A stretch of DNA of 64,000 bases from NCBI GenBank assembly GCA_001938485.1, contig MQRK01246750.1:1-64000 (forward strand), in the 5' to 3' direction. Positions 38,037-51,506 of this stretch are shown piece after piece. The notes beneath the pieces were generated by a model. The model worked only from the letters and a program-made list of their open reading frames with translations. It did no database searches and had not been told where the DNA came from. This stretch comes from Girardia tigrina (Eukaryota). Made by a program: the position numbers and the translations under genes. Each line of letters opens with the position of its first letter. The stretch's first letter is position 1.

Positions 38037-40996
38037 ATTTTCAGTCATTAAAATGTTTCTTTTAATATCCTTTATTAAATACATTTATTACAAAATAATT
38101 TTTAGAACTTTTTTATTCAAATTCAGTATTTAAACTCTTTTTGTTTTACATAATTATTTAATGTTTGTTTTTTTTTAAAAAAATCCTTTTTAACTGTAAA
38201 AATTTTTTTAAACAATTTATTTATTTTTTATATTTTTAACGTGATTTTTTTAATTTTTGTTAAAATTTAAAAACTTAAAAAATATTTAGCAAATTTTAAA
38301 ATTTTAACTAACTTCTCATGATTATTAATCATACAATTTTACATCCTTCTTAAAAAAATCAAAAAAGGTATTTTTGTTTGAATTAAAAAAGTATTTTAAT
38401 AAAAATTTAATTGCTAAAAAATCAAGATTAATTTAAAATTTATTAATCTGATAAGAATAAATCAACGAAAATTTTTAATCACATTTTCCCATCCCAATAT
38501 CCGCTGAAATTTATATTTGTCGTCAATTTCTTTCAAGAATCAAAATGAAAAATTATGAAATACATTTAAAACAATAAATTTGTTTTAATTAATTCAAAAT
38601 ATTTCACTAATTTGAGACATTTTTCTTAAAATCGATTTTCGACAAAAAGAAAAGAATTTGAAATTATTTATAAATTTATTTTTTTTTATTTTATTATAAA
38701 TTAATTTGTAAAAAATTTTTTTATATTTTGTTTTAAATGCCACCTGGATTTTTTTCTCAGAACTTTCCAATTTATTTTTTAATGAAATTTTACAAATAGA
38801 GAAAGAAGAAGGAAATTTATATTTTCTAATATATTTATTTTAAAAATTAATCGATTTTCATTTTTATATTAATAACGTTTGTTTTGACAGTTTTAAATGA
38901 AGATTTTGTTTTTAAAAGAGATTCTTAGTGGAAAAGGTTTTCTTCGAGTTTCTTTAATACTAATGTTAATATTTATTGTTAATAAAAAAAACTTCAACTA
39001 CATATTTTTATTTAACTACTTTGATTGATGTTTCTTTGGCAGAAAATTTAATTATCCATAGCTGATTCTCTCAATTTTCCGCAAGCAAACATCGACTTTT
39101 TTGCTTCATCAGTTCTCCTAACAAACTTGTAACTCATCACCAAAACGCTGACCGAAAAAAAAATCAATAAAACTTTATTCAATTTTCAAAATCAGCATTA
39201 GCCATAACTACTTTACTCTCCATAAAGCCTCGAATCAGTCCTTTGGGAGCTTTCCAATTTGCTTTTCAATTAACTAGTCATTTTCTGCCTTAGTGGCGGC
39301 CGTGTAACTTCATTACAAACTGTAATTGTTCACCTGGTTATACTGTAGCGGTCGTTTAATTTACTTGGTCCAAACTGTCTAATTTGATTACCAACACTGG
39401 CCGCAACAATTTCACAGAAATCTCTTTTAATGTATGAAAATGTCTCAAAATTTGTAAATGTCAAAACAAATGATGCATTAATTTTCTTTTGATTCAAAGA
39501 GATTATAATTGATGAGAATCGACTTCACTTTATATTATTTTAAAATATATAAATAAAATATTTTCAAACAATTTTTTCGATACTTGTTTTTCATTTGGTG
39601 TATTTTAGCTTACGTCTTTCGTCCGGAGAAATATTTTTCTTTTTCAAAAATATTAATTACAAAATAAATATTCGAGTTATTTTGTTAAATAAGTTTTTTT
39701 ATCTTTTTTTCTATTTATATTTTCTCTACTAATTTATTTATTTCGTCAAATTAAAATTTATAAAAAAAATATTTCTTATATATTTAGATTTAACAAAAAT
39801 AAGTTTTACTTTGTTTTTTGTTTTTTCAGATAATTTTTTAGTAATAATATCTTAATTTATTACTAAAAAAATTGTATTCATTTCATTACTTTTAATAACG
39901 TTCAAAATTAAAACAAAAATTTCTATTAATGATAGATTTTTTTTCGGGAATATTTTTTTTCAATTACAAAACGTCTTTATACTCTTCAAGAGCCCATTAA
40001 ATTCAATTAAACCAAAAATTTATTTAAAGAAATAATATAATTTATATTTCTTAATAAAAAATCAAATTTTCCATTTAATATTTAATCAAAAGAAAGAATA
40101 TTTAATCAAACATGTTCATAAAAAGATTAATTAANNNNNNNNNNNNNNNNNNNNNNNNNNNNNNNNNNNNNNNNNNNNNNNNNNAATATAATTTATATTT
40201 CTTAATAAAAAATCAAATTTTCCATTTAATATTTAATCAAAAGAAAGAATATTTAATCAAACATGTTCATAAAAAGATTAATTAATAAATTTAATTTAAA
40301 TTTTTTATTAAAATAAACAATTTTTTATTTATTGTTTAAATGAACTGGTTTTCATTAGACAATCTTCAATTTAGCGTTAATAGAGATTTTACAATTTCAA
40401 TTTAACGTTAATCTTTCAATCTTTTTTTCAATAAAACTTTCTTTCTGTTCTTCTATTGAGTAAAGAATAAAAATCCGTTTTTTAATTGTCAATTATAAAA
40501 GATTTTGAGTAGAGATTCTCCATATCCCTTTCAACTCACATAATCTATTAAAGAGTTTATGTTAGAAAGTGGAATTTTAAATCCGGCTAATCTGGATAAA
40601 AATTAAAAGATAATAAAACATACAACATTCTTTATATATGGGGATTGGCAATGATATAATGATTCGAGGTAGTTATAATTCGAGATTGTTATGTCATATG
40701 TCAATCAAACTCACAAACACTCATAACACACCAAACATCATATTTTAAATTGTTGATTATGTAACTACACCTCACAATACTAAAATTTGAAATTTTTTTA
40801 AGTGAAAAATAAATTTTCCGTAAAGTAAAAATAAGTCGACTTAATGTGAGATTTCTTTGTAACTTGCTGCCGGTAGAAATATTTGAAAATAAAATATATA
40901 CGATAAGTTTTCAAATTTCAATTAAAAAATGATTTTTTAAAAAAAGCTTAGTTTTATAACAATTTATTAAAACAATTATAATGCGTCATTGTTTAC

Positions 40997-41190
40997 AAGT
41001 CACTGTTGGATGATGATTCATCACTTGTGAGTCACTATTGTGTCATGATTCATCGCTTTTGAGTCACTGTTGTACGATGATTCATCGCTTACGAGTCCCT
41101 GTTGTACGATGATTCATTACTTACGAGACACTATCGGGTCATGATTTATCCCTTATGAGTCACTGGTGGATGAAAATTAATCGGTGGTGA
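40997..41190. repeat. Tandem array of about six 32-bp units
   Basis: Units start at 40997, 41029, 41061, 41093, 41125 and 41157; consensus gagtcactgttgtacgatgattcatcgcttac. Confidence 0.9.
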
Positions 41191-41309
41191 CTCATATTCT
41201 TATGATGAGTCACTGGTTAATGATTAGTTATTTTTGATGATTCATAATCGGTGACCCTTATTCTACATGATTTCTATGGGGTATAATATTTCTTGGGGTA
41301 CAATATATT

Positions 41310-42577
41310 TCGGCTCCTTGTGGTGTATCCCGGAAACTAGAGTCACCTTCTATAGGCTAAATGAGAGATGAAGCTTACGGGACTAGCCATTCTGTTCGCG
41401 GATTAACTCGTGCGCTACTGAAACTCAAACAAGGAGTCTGGTAGGACTCGCAGTCAATAATCTCCAGACTGGTTCCGGCGACACAGGGACCAACCTCGGA
41501 AAACTGAAAATCGGCACGTGGAATGTGCGTGGGCTCAACGACGAAAAGATTGTATCTATTATTGAAGCTCTGAGAAGAACAAAAACAGAGGCGTGCATCC
41601 TAACCGAGACTCACTGTCGGGGAAATGAAACGACCGAATACAACGGCTGGAAAATACTCCACAGTGGCAGTATCACTGGGGCACTAAGAGAAAGAGGAGT
41701 AGCTCTGATGATAAAATAAGATGATATGACGAAAATAACCTTCACACCAGTTAATGATCGAATTTTTGTTTGCAGGTACATACGGAAATCTATTACACTT
41801 ATCGGAGTGTATGCCCCGATGGACTGTGGGTTTACACATGAGGAGAAAGAGGAATTCTACTAAGTATTGCGGGAAGTGATTACAAAAGAACAAAAAATCG
41901 CTAAGGATAATAAAATGGAACTGTTAGTTGGAGGCGACTTCAACTGTCGGCTCAAGTGATGCCATTAAAACAGCTCTGTAGTGGGTCCATGCGCAAGCGG
42001 AATCCGCACTTCAGAAAACGGAGAACTGCTTGTTGACATGGCAAAATCATGTGGTTTGCGCATGGAGAATACATTCTTCTGGAAACAAATCAAGCAGAGA
42101 ACGAGTTGGACTCACCCAGGAACAAAAAGAAGAGAATTGCTTGATATTTTTCTATCAGAGAAACACCGATGCAATAAAATGACAAACATCCGAAGTTACT
42201 CGAGCTTCGATTGTGGATCGGACCACGACTTAGTGGTTTTAACCGCGTTAGTTCGTGAGGAAAACAAACACCCAAAACGCTTGAGAAACGATAAGAACCC
42301 GCGCAAACAAAAGCTACCGGACAGGGAAGCAATTGTCAAGAAGAAAGAGGCGATAATAGAATCACTTCCGCATCTTACTGTTTTAGGCAGCACTACGTGG
42401 AACTCCCTTAATCATGCAATCAGAAGCGAGATACAAAGGCTGAGTAGAAAAAGGAAAAGAGTACCAATCAATCAGCGGTGGTTGGATGGGCACCTAGACG
42501 AACTTAAGATGATGATCAGAGAAAAATGGGCAAGACGTTCAGAATTCGTAAAAGACAGAAACGACACAACGTTTTGA
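41310..42577 (+). mobile_element. RTE-like LINE 5' portion (AP-endonuclease domain), with stops, RT absent
   Basis: KIGTWNVRGL, LTETH, GVAL, IGVYAP, GGDFN, NGELL, NTFF, SWTHP, SDHDLV motifs in order. Confidence 0.9.
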
Positions 42578-43329
42578 GACTATTTTTAAAAATACAAAAG
42601 AATAATGATTCTACAATTTTAATATATATTTAAATATATCTTTAAGATCGTTGTTAGGTAAGTAACTCATCCGACGGATGTTATCATTGATATCCGTTCA
42701 CAAATTCTCATACGTGAATAATATTTAATATATTTGTTTATATTTTATATAAGTCAACATAATTATTAATAATAAATTTTCTTTTTCTACTTCATATATT
42801 AATATTTTCGTGTAATTATAGGGAAAATGTTGTTATACATGTTAAAAATGGAAGTTTGATGTGTAACATTGAAATTAATTAAACTGGGATTTCTATTTTC
42901 TTTCTAATTGTGTTGCAGTAAAACAATAAATGTAAAGCAAAAGTTTCAGTTAAAAATAAGAAAAGAAACAAAAAATATTTAGATTAGTTTTGTTTCTCAG
43001 GAAAACTTTATTTTATTCAAAATTATCAATTACTTCTTATTTTATTTTATTTATTTTTATATTTATATAGCTGCAATAATCAATATAAAATATATAATAT
43101 TTCCATTAATAATATTATTTTAGTATACAATTTTATTTTTCTTAATGGCTTCAAAATTTATGATAAATTTGAAAATAATAATAATACCGGATGTTGTGAA
43201 AGTCTTTAAAATAGACTTGGACACTAGATTTAAGGAACTTAAGCTGATATTTAAAAACTTATTTATATTTCTTTTAGAGATTATAATTATTGAAATTCTT
43301 TTTAAATTAATTTTTGATATTTAGAAATC

Positions 43330-43490
43330 TGTTTGTAAGCGCATGGAAGCAAAATATACTGAGATTGCCACATCGCTTCACGAGGGCCACCTTGACGAGG
43401 AAATTCCGTTGAGGTCTGGAATAATCTGCACGGAGCAGCAGTAGTAAAAACCTGTTACGCATTCAAGAAACGTCTGGATGATGAGTAAGT
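43330..43490 (+). mobile_element. CR1/L2-like LINE 3' remnant
   Basis: RVWNNL...AFKKRLD, the C-terminal motif of CR1-clade ORF2. Confidence 0.5.
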
Positions 43491-44005
43491 GATGAGTAAC
43501 TTTCGAGAAGTAGAATGCTTTTTAGGTTACCTATGAAGCTCAGGTTTCTAGCATCTTTTGGTGATATATAGAAATCTGAGCTTAATACTAGTGAGGATTT
43601 TGATGTCTTTTAAATTTTTGAATTAAAAGATAAAAAACATTTTAAATTAATATTAAATTATAAAAGTAAAAAATAGAAACTGATTGTAAAATAAGGAAAG
43701 ACGATAAAATGTGGTACAAGGTTAAATATTAATAATATTTTAAAAAAATGTTCTAAAGAAAATTTTAAATAATGTAACTTGTAATGAAATAGATTTAAAA
43801 ATCGAATTAAATTTAAAATAATAAAATTAATAAAAAAATAGATTTAAAAATGAATTAAATATTAGATCCGAAAAATAGTTTAACAGAATTTATTTAACTT
43901 TAAAAGTAATTACAAAATGAAAAACAATTAAATTAGTTTATAAATATTAAATTTTAATGAAGTTTAATAAAATGATTATTCCAAAGAAAATATAAAATAT
44001 TTAAA

Positions 44006-44050
<45 letters not shown>

Positions 44051-44174
44051 TACAAAATTAATATAAAATATTTGAAAATAGTTTATGTTTATAATAGTTT
44101 TAAATTAAAAAATTAAATACAATAAAAAAAATTTCAAAAATAATAAATTAAGAAATTAACAATTATTTTGATAT

Positions 44175-44770
44175 TATTGGTTTTTGCAAGAAAAATTAAA
44201 GCGTTTCAAAAATTTCTTTTTCTGAATTTTCATCACAACACATCCACGAACAAAATAATACTCATCAACAGAAACTGTTTGGCTTTGCAGAAGATAATCC
44301 ACAAAATCGATTTCCAGTGAAGTCCACCAAACTAATAATATAATCTTTTTATGGTGAATATCTTTACGGGTTTCTGGAGCTTTTTCGTTTAAGGTCTTGA
44401 TCTTGTTAATTGTCTTTGGGGAAAACTTTAATTTAATCAATGAAAGTATCCCTGGCCATACAAAGAAGTGAATAATTTCAGATGGTTAATAGTGTTAGTT
44501 TGTTGTTCTTGCTCATTAAGTTTGGTGGAGAGTTGTCAGGTTTTACCTTGAAACCAATAGCATGGACTCATTTTTTGAGGATTTCTTCACATTAAGCACT
44601 TTGATTTTCATCCAAACACATCCAAAAACACTCAACGATACCTTGAGCATGATGTATCTTCAAGGATTTAATTTCCAGATTTAAAAAAAACAAAATCAAA
44701 CATGTAGAACTTGATCTGGTACAGAGTCATTAATAAAAGCATTTTGTATTTTTCTTGAAGTTTAGATACT
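44175..44770 (-). mobile_element. Decayed mariner fragment
   Basis: DIHHKKIILLVWWTS...YLLQSQTVSVDEY resembles the mariner LHPKKVMLCVWW...LL..TI..YY segment. Confidence 0.55.
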
Positions 44771-44867
44771 TTTTTAAAACATTTTTAATTCATCAAGCAA
44801 AACGAATGAATTCGACGTGAAAAATAATCAATAATGAATTTATATTACAATTTAAACCTTTTTTTCA

Positions 44868-45231
44868 TTAACCTCCTTACACATTTAAATAAGCGTAACT
44901 CGTCATTGAAGAATATTCCCTAACGCAACAAGACGAGTCACGCTCGTCTATATAGAAAATCCACAGAACGAACGTGTCTTGTTTCTTTGTACTTATTTAG
45001 GTAACTAGTAAGACAGGATGGGTAATAGATCTTTATGGTCTGTATAGATCTTCTCTCCATACATCACGACTACGTTAATCCAAGGTTCTTTGCGTATGTA
45101 TTGTATATGAGGGTTTTATACCGAATTATTATCAAAACAGATCAGGACTAATATTACTATCATGTTTCCAACAAAGAAAACGTGACGATTTGCCTACTTA
45201 GTGAAAAAAACCCCAAGGTAAAGCGGTTTAA
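44868..45231. mobile_element. Possible piggyBac-derived non-autonomous element
   Basis: TTAA-like flanks with weakly inverted ends (ttaacctcctta / taaagcggtttaa) and a subterminal gacgag..ctcgtc palindrome. Confidence 0.3.
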
Positions 45232-45334
45232 ATAAGAAAAACTAAAGTTTTCAAAAACTATATAAAGTTACTTTGATTTCCCAATTTAATATAAAGAAAG
45301 TAATATTTTTTTTAATGGTGAAACAAAAAAAACT

Positions 45335-46567
45335 TGTACAAATATGAAAGTTCGTTTCACTTTGTCTATTTTTATTCCATTAATAAACTTTTTTCTAATA
45401 CATTTGTTTGTATCTATAATGTAAAGTGCTTTGAGTGCTATCTAATACTTTTTGAATTTTTAAAAAAATTAGCATATAAAATTTTATTGTAATTTTACAA
45501 ATGATCAACAAAAGAGCATTTGCGGAAAGTTCTTTTATTCATGTTTAACTTGAAGAAAAGCGCCATCGATTACTGAAGTATATGATGAAGATACAACCAC
45601 TACAAGAGCCTGTCAGAAATGGTTTAAGAGGTTCAGAGAAGGCGATTTTGATCTGAACAACAAACACCGCGGTGGACCACAAAAGCAGTTTGAAGACAAT
45701 GAACTGCAAGCCTTACTTAATAAAGGTGATGCCCAAATGCAACAACAATTAACTGATGCGTTAGATGTGACTCAGCAAATAATTTCAAATCACTTGCATG
45801 ACAAGGGCAAAGTTCAAAAAGAAGGACGATAAGTGCCGCATGAATTCACTAAACGCCTGCAGGAAAATCGAAGAACAGCGAGCGAACATTAACTTTATCG
45901 GTAGCAACGCAAGTCATTCATGCATCGAATTATCACTGGAAATAAAACTTTCATTTATTTCGATAATCAAAAACGAAAGAGATTATGGACAAACCCATGA
46001 GAGGCACCAAAATTGACTCCCAAGCATAACATACATTGAAGGCAGGTGCTGCTCTACATATGGTGGGATCAGAAGGGTATTTTGTTTCATGAACTTCTGA
46101 GACCTGATGAAACTGTTACGGTGGTTCGTTATGGAGATAAGTTGCCACCAAATGATAGGAATGGACCACAAGACAAGTGTGTCCGATATTACTTCACGAC
46201 AATGCGAGACCTCATGTTGCAAAACCGGTCAAAAATACAATAAGAGAACTGAACTGGGAAGTCTTACCCCACCCGCCATACTCTCTCCTGACATTGATCC
46301 ATTGGATTATCACTTATTTCGATCAATAGCACTCGGATTGGCGGAACAGAAGTTCACAAAGCACGAAGAAGTGGAAAATGGCTCGATATGTGGATTGCGT
46401 CAAAACAACCGAAATTCTTTTTTGATGGAATCCATAAATTACCAATCAATTGGAATAATGTTGTTAATAATGGTTGTTATTGTTAATGAAAGTTTAATTA
46501 AATGTTTTCTTGGAATTTTAATTTTTTAAATCGTAAAAAAAACTAACTTTCCTATTTGTACACCTAT
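45335..46567 (+). mobile_element. Decayed mauritiana-like mariner
   Basis: TIR remnants tgtacaaatatgaaagtt / aactttcctatttgtaca; motifs [46 protein letters not shown]. Confidence 0.85.
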
Positions 46568-47084
46568 AATTTCTTTTTGTTAATTTAATAAATGAAAATA
46601 AAATAATATTATCATTATTATATTTTTTCTAAAATTTATTTTTATATTTATTTTAAATTATATTATTATTTTAATTATTAAATAATTTTCGTTCTTTTGT
46701 AAATGTAACGTTTTAAGACAATATTTCAAACCAATTAATTATTTTATTTTATTTTTTGAAAAATTTCTTGTTTTATCTTACAAAAACTTCAATTCGAAAG
46801 CATTAAAACAATGTTAACGTAATCTGATATCGTGAGTTCTTGATGATTGAAAAATATTAATACAATCAAATTATTCACCAATGAATAAAAGCTTTAAGCT
46901 TAATTAAAAACCCATTAGAATAATCAGTCATTTCATTATCTTTTTCTTGTTTTAACCGTAACAAGATTTTTAATTACAGTAGTTGAATCGCATGATCCAA
47001 TAGGAAAATGACAGTATTATTGCTATTTCTTGTTTGAATTATATGAAATTTTGTTTAAATAAAATTATGTCAAATTTAAGGGAT

Positions 47085-47790
47085 TTTCATTATCTTTGTT
47101 TTACTGGAAAATTGTCAAATTTTGTTTTAATTGATTACTTTTGAAGATTTATTTATTTATATGTCCATCTTTATATTATGAGCGAAAATGATAACATTTT
47201 TCTATTACTTTTCTTGTTTAATTTTTATTATTTATCTTTCTTTTATTTGAAAATTATCAAATTTTGATTTAATAATTTNNNNNNNNNNNNNNNNNNNNNN
47301 NNNNNNNNNNNNNNNNNNNNNNNNNNNNNNNNNNNNNNNNNNNNNNNNNNNNNNNNNNNNNNNNNNNNNNNNNNNNNNNNNNNNNNNNNNNNNNNNNNNN
47401 NNNNNNNNNNNNNNNNNNNNNNNNNNNNNNNNNNNNNNNNNNNNNNNNNNNNNNNNNNTAAAAATAAATTTTCGAAAATTTTTTATCTTACTATTCATTT
47501 CTAATTTTTACTTTTTATCTTTCTTTTACTAGAAAATTGTCGAATATGTTATAATTGATTTCTTTTGAAGATTTTTTTTCATATATTTATATATTATATA
47601 TATTTTATATATTTATATATTTTATTAAATTAATAAAACAATAAAAAATATTTTCGGAAAAAAATTTATTACTTTTCTTGTCTAATTTTTATTTTTTATC
47701 TTTCTTTTACTGGAAAATTTTCAAATTTTGTTTTTATTGATTAATTTAGAAGATTTATTTATTTATATTTCCATCTTTATTTTATTAATG
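47085..47790. repeat. Degenerate AT-rich minisatellite
   Basis: Motif ttatctttcttttactggaaaattgtcaaattttg... recurs at about 47091, 47232, 47515 and 47696. Confidence 0.65.
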
Positions 47791-47968
47791 TTACTCGTGT
47801 TAGGAACATCTCCTATGTTATCGATATTAAAAGACAAAATCAATATTTAAGTTTTTATTAATCCAAAAAAATGTATTTTTGTTTAAACAAATTTAATCGA
47901 AATTAAATTCGTTTATTTTTTTTTGAATTTTGAGAAACTGTTTGTTTCATAAATCCCATATCGATATA

Positions 47969-49288
47969 ACGGATATTGCCAAATAGTATCACTGATACTA
48001 TTTAAATAGCATCCCTAAAATTTTTTTAAGTTGGTGATACTATTTGGTGCTTTCAATTCCTTCGATGGGGGTTTTGGATTACCATTTTTGGTATAAACAT
48101 AATCAGGGTTCTTTCATTCATTAATACGAAAATATATCAAATCTTTCAAGGAACGAAAAATTCCTATATCTCCTGCTTGTAGATAAGGTGTGGGATCACG
48201 ATCATTTCAAAATTTCTCTTAATACAATGTTCTTTTACTTGTAGACCTAAATGAACACGAATCCCAAATAATACACTTACTGTTCCTTAAATCAATCAAA
48301 GGAAACATATGGTCGATCCACTTTATTATTAATTCTTGGTTAACGCAGGATTTTGATTGAGTAGTATGAAAGATACGATTTTGTTTACAAAAGGACTTCC
48401 ATCCTTTCCTTTATGGATTACCAAAGGCATTGCCTTCCTACCATCGGCCCAAATACAGTGCTGTTACTCTCATTGAATTAAAACCAGTTGATTTCATTAC
48501 TACAAGGCGTGCTCCGAGTAAATCCACAGTATTTGTTCTGGTATCCTCGAAAAATACTTTCATCTATCATTAAAGTCTTTTTAATATTTAAATAAGGAAG
48601 ACGATTTTTTAAATATTTCATATAATTAACAGCACGTAAATTTATGTCAGAGTCTGATAATGTTGTTAAATAGGTAGTTCACCTAAGTGTAAAGCCATTT
48701 CTCTTCACAAACCATGTTATCAAAGTTCCAGTAGCCTTTATTTTAATATTAAACTCATTACTCAATGCTACTGCCCTATCAGAAATATACTTCCGATTAA
48801 CTTTCATTTTTCGTATTCTAAGATCTATTACCTCATCGCAAATAATTTGTTCTATAGTTCCCAAACTGGTTTTCTTTCCTGCTCCCAACGCTCGTTTCAT
48901 TGATGGTTTATGATTAGCAAGTTTGTCTTTGTTTCTAAACCCCTGTTGAAACATAGAATGATCATTTTTAACTTCAAAATGCTGTTTTGCAGCATAACAC
49001 GTTTCGCCGTGTAACATAAACTCGATTACTTCATTTTTGAAAGCGATTGTAAACGATCGTTTGGCCATAAGAATTTTTTAAATGGAATATTTATTAATAT
49101 TAAAACAATTTAATTAAATGATTTTAAAAATTAATGATTTTTTTTCAAGTGATTTTTAAAAACTTAAATAGTGATACTAATAGAGTCGTGATACTATTTA
49201 AATAGTATCACTAAAAATTTTTTAAATTGGTGATATTATTTGGGTCGTGATACTATATGGGTTGGTGATACTAATTGGCGATATCCGT
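47969..49288 (-). mobile_element. pogo/Tigger(Tc2)-like DNA transposon, decayed
   Basis: Inverted termini acggatattgccaaatagtatcac / gtgatactaattggcgatatccgt with TA flanks. ORF 48679-49068 has a CENP-B-type HTH (WFVKRNGFTLR); downstream DDE remnants (IIWDS, TPYLQAGDIGIFRSLKD). Confidence 0.85.
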
Positions 49289-50062
49289 TAATAAAAATAG
49301 AAATAGTATTGATAATTTATTTTACTTTTTTTTAATTTCCCACGAATAAATAATTACATTTTCTTTTAATAAACTTCTGAAATTTTATCATGCTTGACAA
49401 AAACTTTATTTTACTCCTGTATTATTTTCTAAAATTCTACTTTTAATTCTACTATTATTTCAAAAAAAATTTAAATATTTTCTAAAAATTCCTAACATTA
49501 AATAAAAACAATAATTTAAATTTTCGGATTTTTTTTTCTTTTTTTTTACTTTTTATTCTTTTCTAAACAAAATAAGACGAAAAATCACGTTTAAAAATTG
49601 TACAAAAATAGATAATTTTTCTTTTTTGTATCTTTTTGTTTGGAAGTAATACATCCAAAACGTCTTTTACTCACGTATAAAAGAAAGATTGAGGAAAATA
49701 TTTTTTGTTTTTGAAACGGAGGGAAAAAACAATGCCCAATTTCAAAATGAATATCCGATAAATTATTGTTGATAAAAGACCCCAGTGATAAAATAGACAT
49801 TCATTGCTCTATGAATAGATTTGTTATAGCAATTAATGGAAGATTTCCATTTATCGCTCCAGTAGTTGCTAATGTGGTTGTGACAATTCAATTTTTCTTT
49901 TTCAAAATAGACTTGAAAGAAATTGAAAACCAATTTTGGGGAAAAAAATTTTTGTAGATATCGAAACATGGAATTATTATTATCATTATTATTACTTTCA
50001 ACTACAGATTTGCATTTTACTGATGTTTTTTGTACCTTATTTTTTTCTTAAATAAGATTTAC

Positions 50063-50155
50063 CTTTTTTCGACTTCTTAAATTAACAAAAACTCCATCGA
50101 TGGAAATCTTGAAGTAGACTCTTTCTTTTTTCACTGCTTTGGCTTTGAATTCGAA
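50063..50155 (-). CDS. NOS1AP: NOS1AP/CAPON-like exon B (FEFKAKAVKKERVYFKISIDGVFVNLRSRKK)
   Basis: 93-nt exon, tag|...|gtaaat, phase 0/0. Matches [31 protein letters not shown]. Confidence 0.92.
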
Positions 50156-50814
50156 CTAGAAAATATAAAAACATTTTTGTTAATATTTATTATATATTTT
50201 TTTGATTTTTATTTATTTTATTGTCTTTTTAGAAGAAGAAAAGAATAAGTTACGAATTTTTAAGAGTTTTTATTGCTGATACAAAATCGTATTTTCCTGT
50301 TTCTTTTTTATTTGTAAGAGGATATAGTTTTAAAAAATATCTTTTTCTGATTTAATTTACCATCAGAAAACAACATTTAATGATGCCCTTTAGAATTATA
50401 TCTGACAATTATAAAGCCAGTATTTTTCTGTCTTATTTTTATACGAAATTAATTACTAATTTCAGACAGGAAAATGTTTGGTTGTTTTGTAATGCTCTGA
50501 AAACTTTTTTTAATAATAAAGTTTACTTGAATAAATTTTGGAGTTATAATAATTTTAATTACCTTTCTGTATTAATACTTAATTTTTACTCTTTAACAAC
50601 CATCGGATTTTAAGACAATAATTTTTAAAATCCGATGGTTGTTAAAGAGTAAAAATTAAGTATTAATACAGAAAGGTAATTAAAAATTTAGTTATCATTC
50701 TAAATTTCTTTAAGTTTAAGTTTAAGAGTGGTAATCAATAAATAATCACTAAATATTTACTGTTATGTATTGATAAAACATAATTTACCGAAGATTTATC
50801 ATTTTTATTAATAT

Positions 50815-51506
50815 TGTTAAGAGATAAGATGCTTTTCTAAGATATATTAATAACACAATAATAAACTAATCATTCAATTGACATATCTCATATTCAAGCA
50901 CACCTCGATCCGGTTGCATAACTGGATTAGGGAGATTTGCTGGGTTAGCACCACATGATTGACACCGCACACTATTACATGCATACATTATATCATCAAA
51001 CTCTCAATCCTGTTACTCAATTTCATATTTCATAATCACGCATACTTTTCACATACATCTAATAATGATAATAATATGTTTATAATAATAATCTCAATAA
51101 TAATTGTTAGGAATTAAAAATGTAAGGAAAATTTTTGAAAGAAAGTTATATTAAATATGTACATATTAAAATTTTTATATAATTAAATATGTAACATTCG
51201 AAAAAAGAAAGTTATATTAAATATGTACAAATTAAAATTTTTATATACTTAAATATGTAACATTCGAAAAAATAAAATTACTANNNNNNNNNNNNNNNNN
51301 NNNNNNNNNNNNNNNNNNNNNNNNNNNNNNNNNNNNNNNNNNNNNNNNNTCTCAAAAAAAAATAAATTTGTTTAAATATTAGATTTAAACATTTTTTTGT
51401 GGTATAATAAAAGTTTTAATGTCTGATATTAATAATTCTGACGAGTTTCCAAGAACCTCTAATAATAATTAACAATCATAATAATAATAATTAATACATC
51501 TTTACA
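50815..51506 (-). repeat. 3' LTR with a secondary insertion of about 355 bp
   Basis: Matches the 5' LTR except for extra sequence at 51106-51460; the PPT lies at 51507-51518. Confidence 0.9.

Noticed and set aside
40034-40285. Exact direct duplication of about 100 bp around a 50-N gap
   Set aside because: Identical sequence on both sides of a gap is typical of an unmerged contig overlap, an assembly artefact.
40997-41190. 32-bp repeats as a CRISPR array
   Set aside because: Units are head-to-tail with no unique spacers, there are no cas genes, and the context is a eukaryotic intron.
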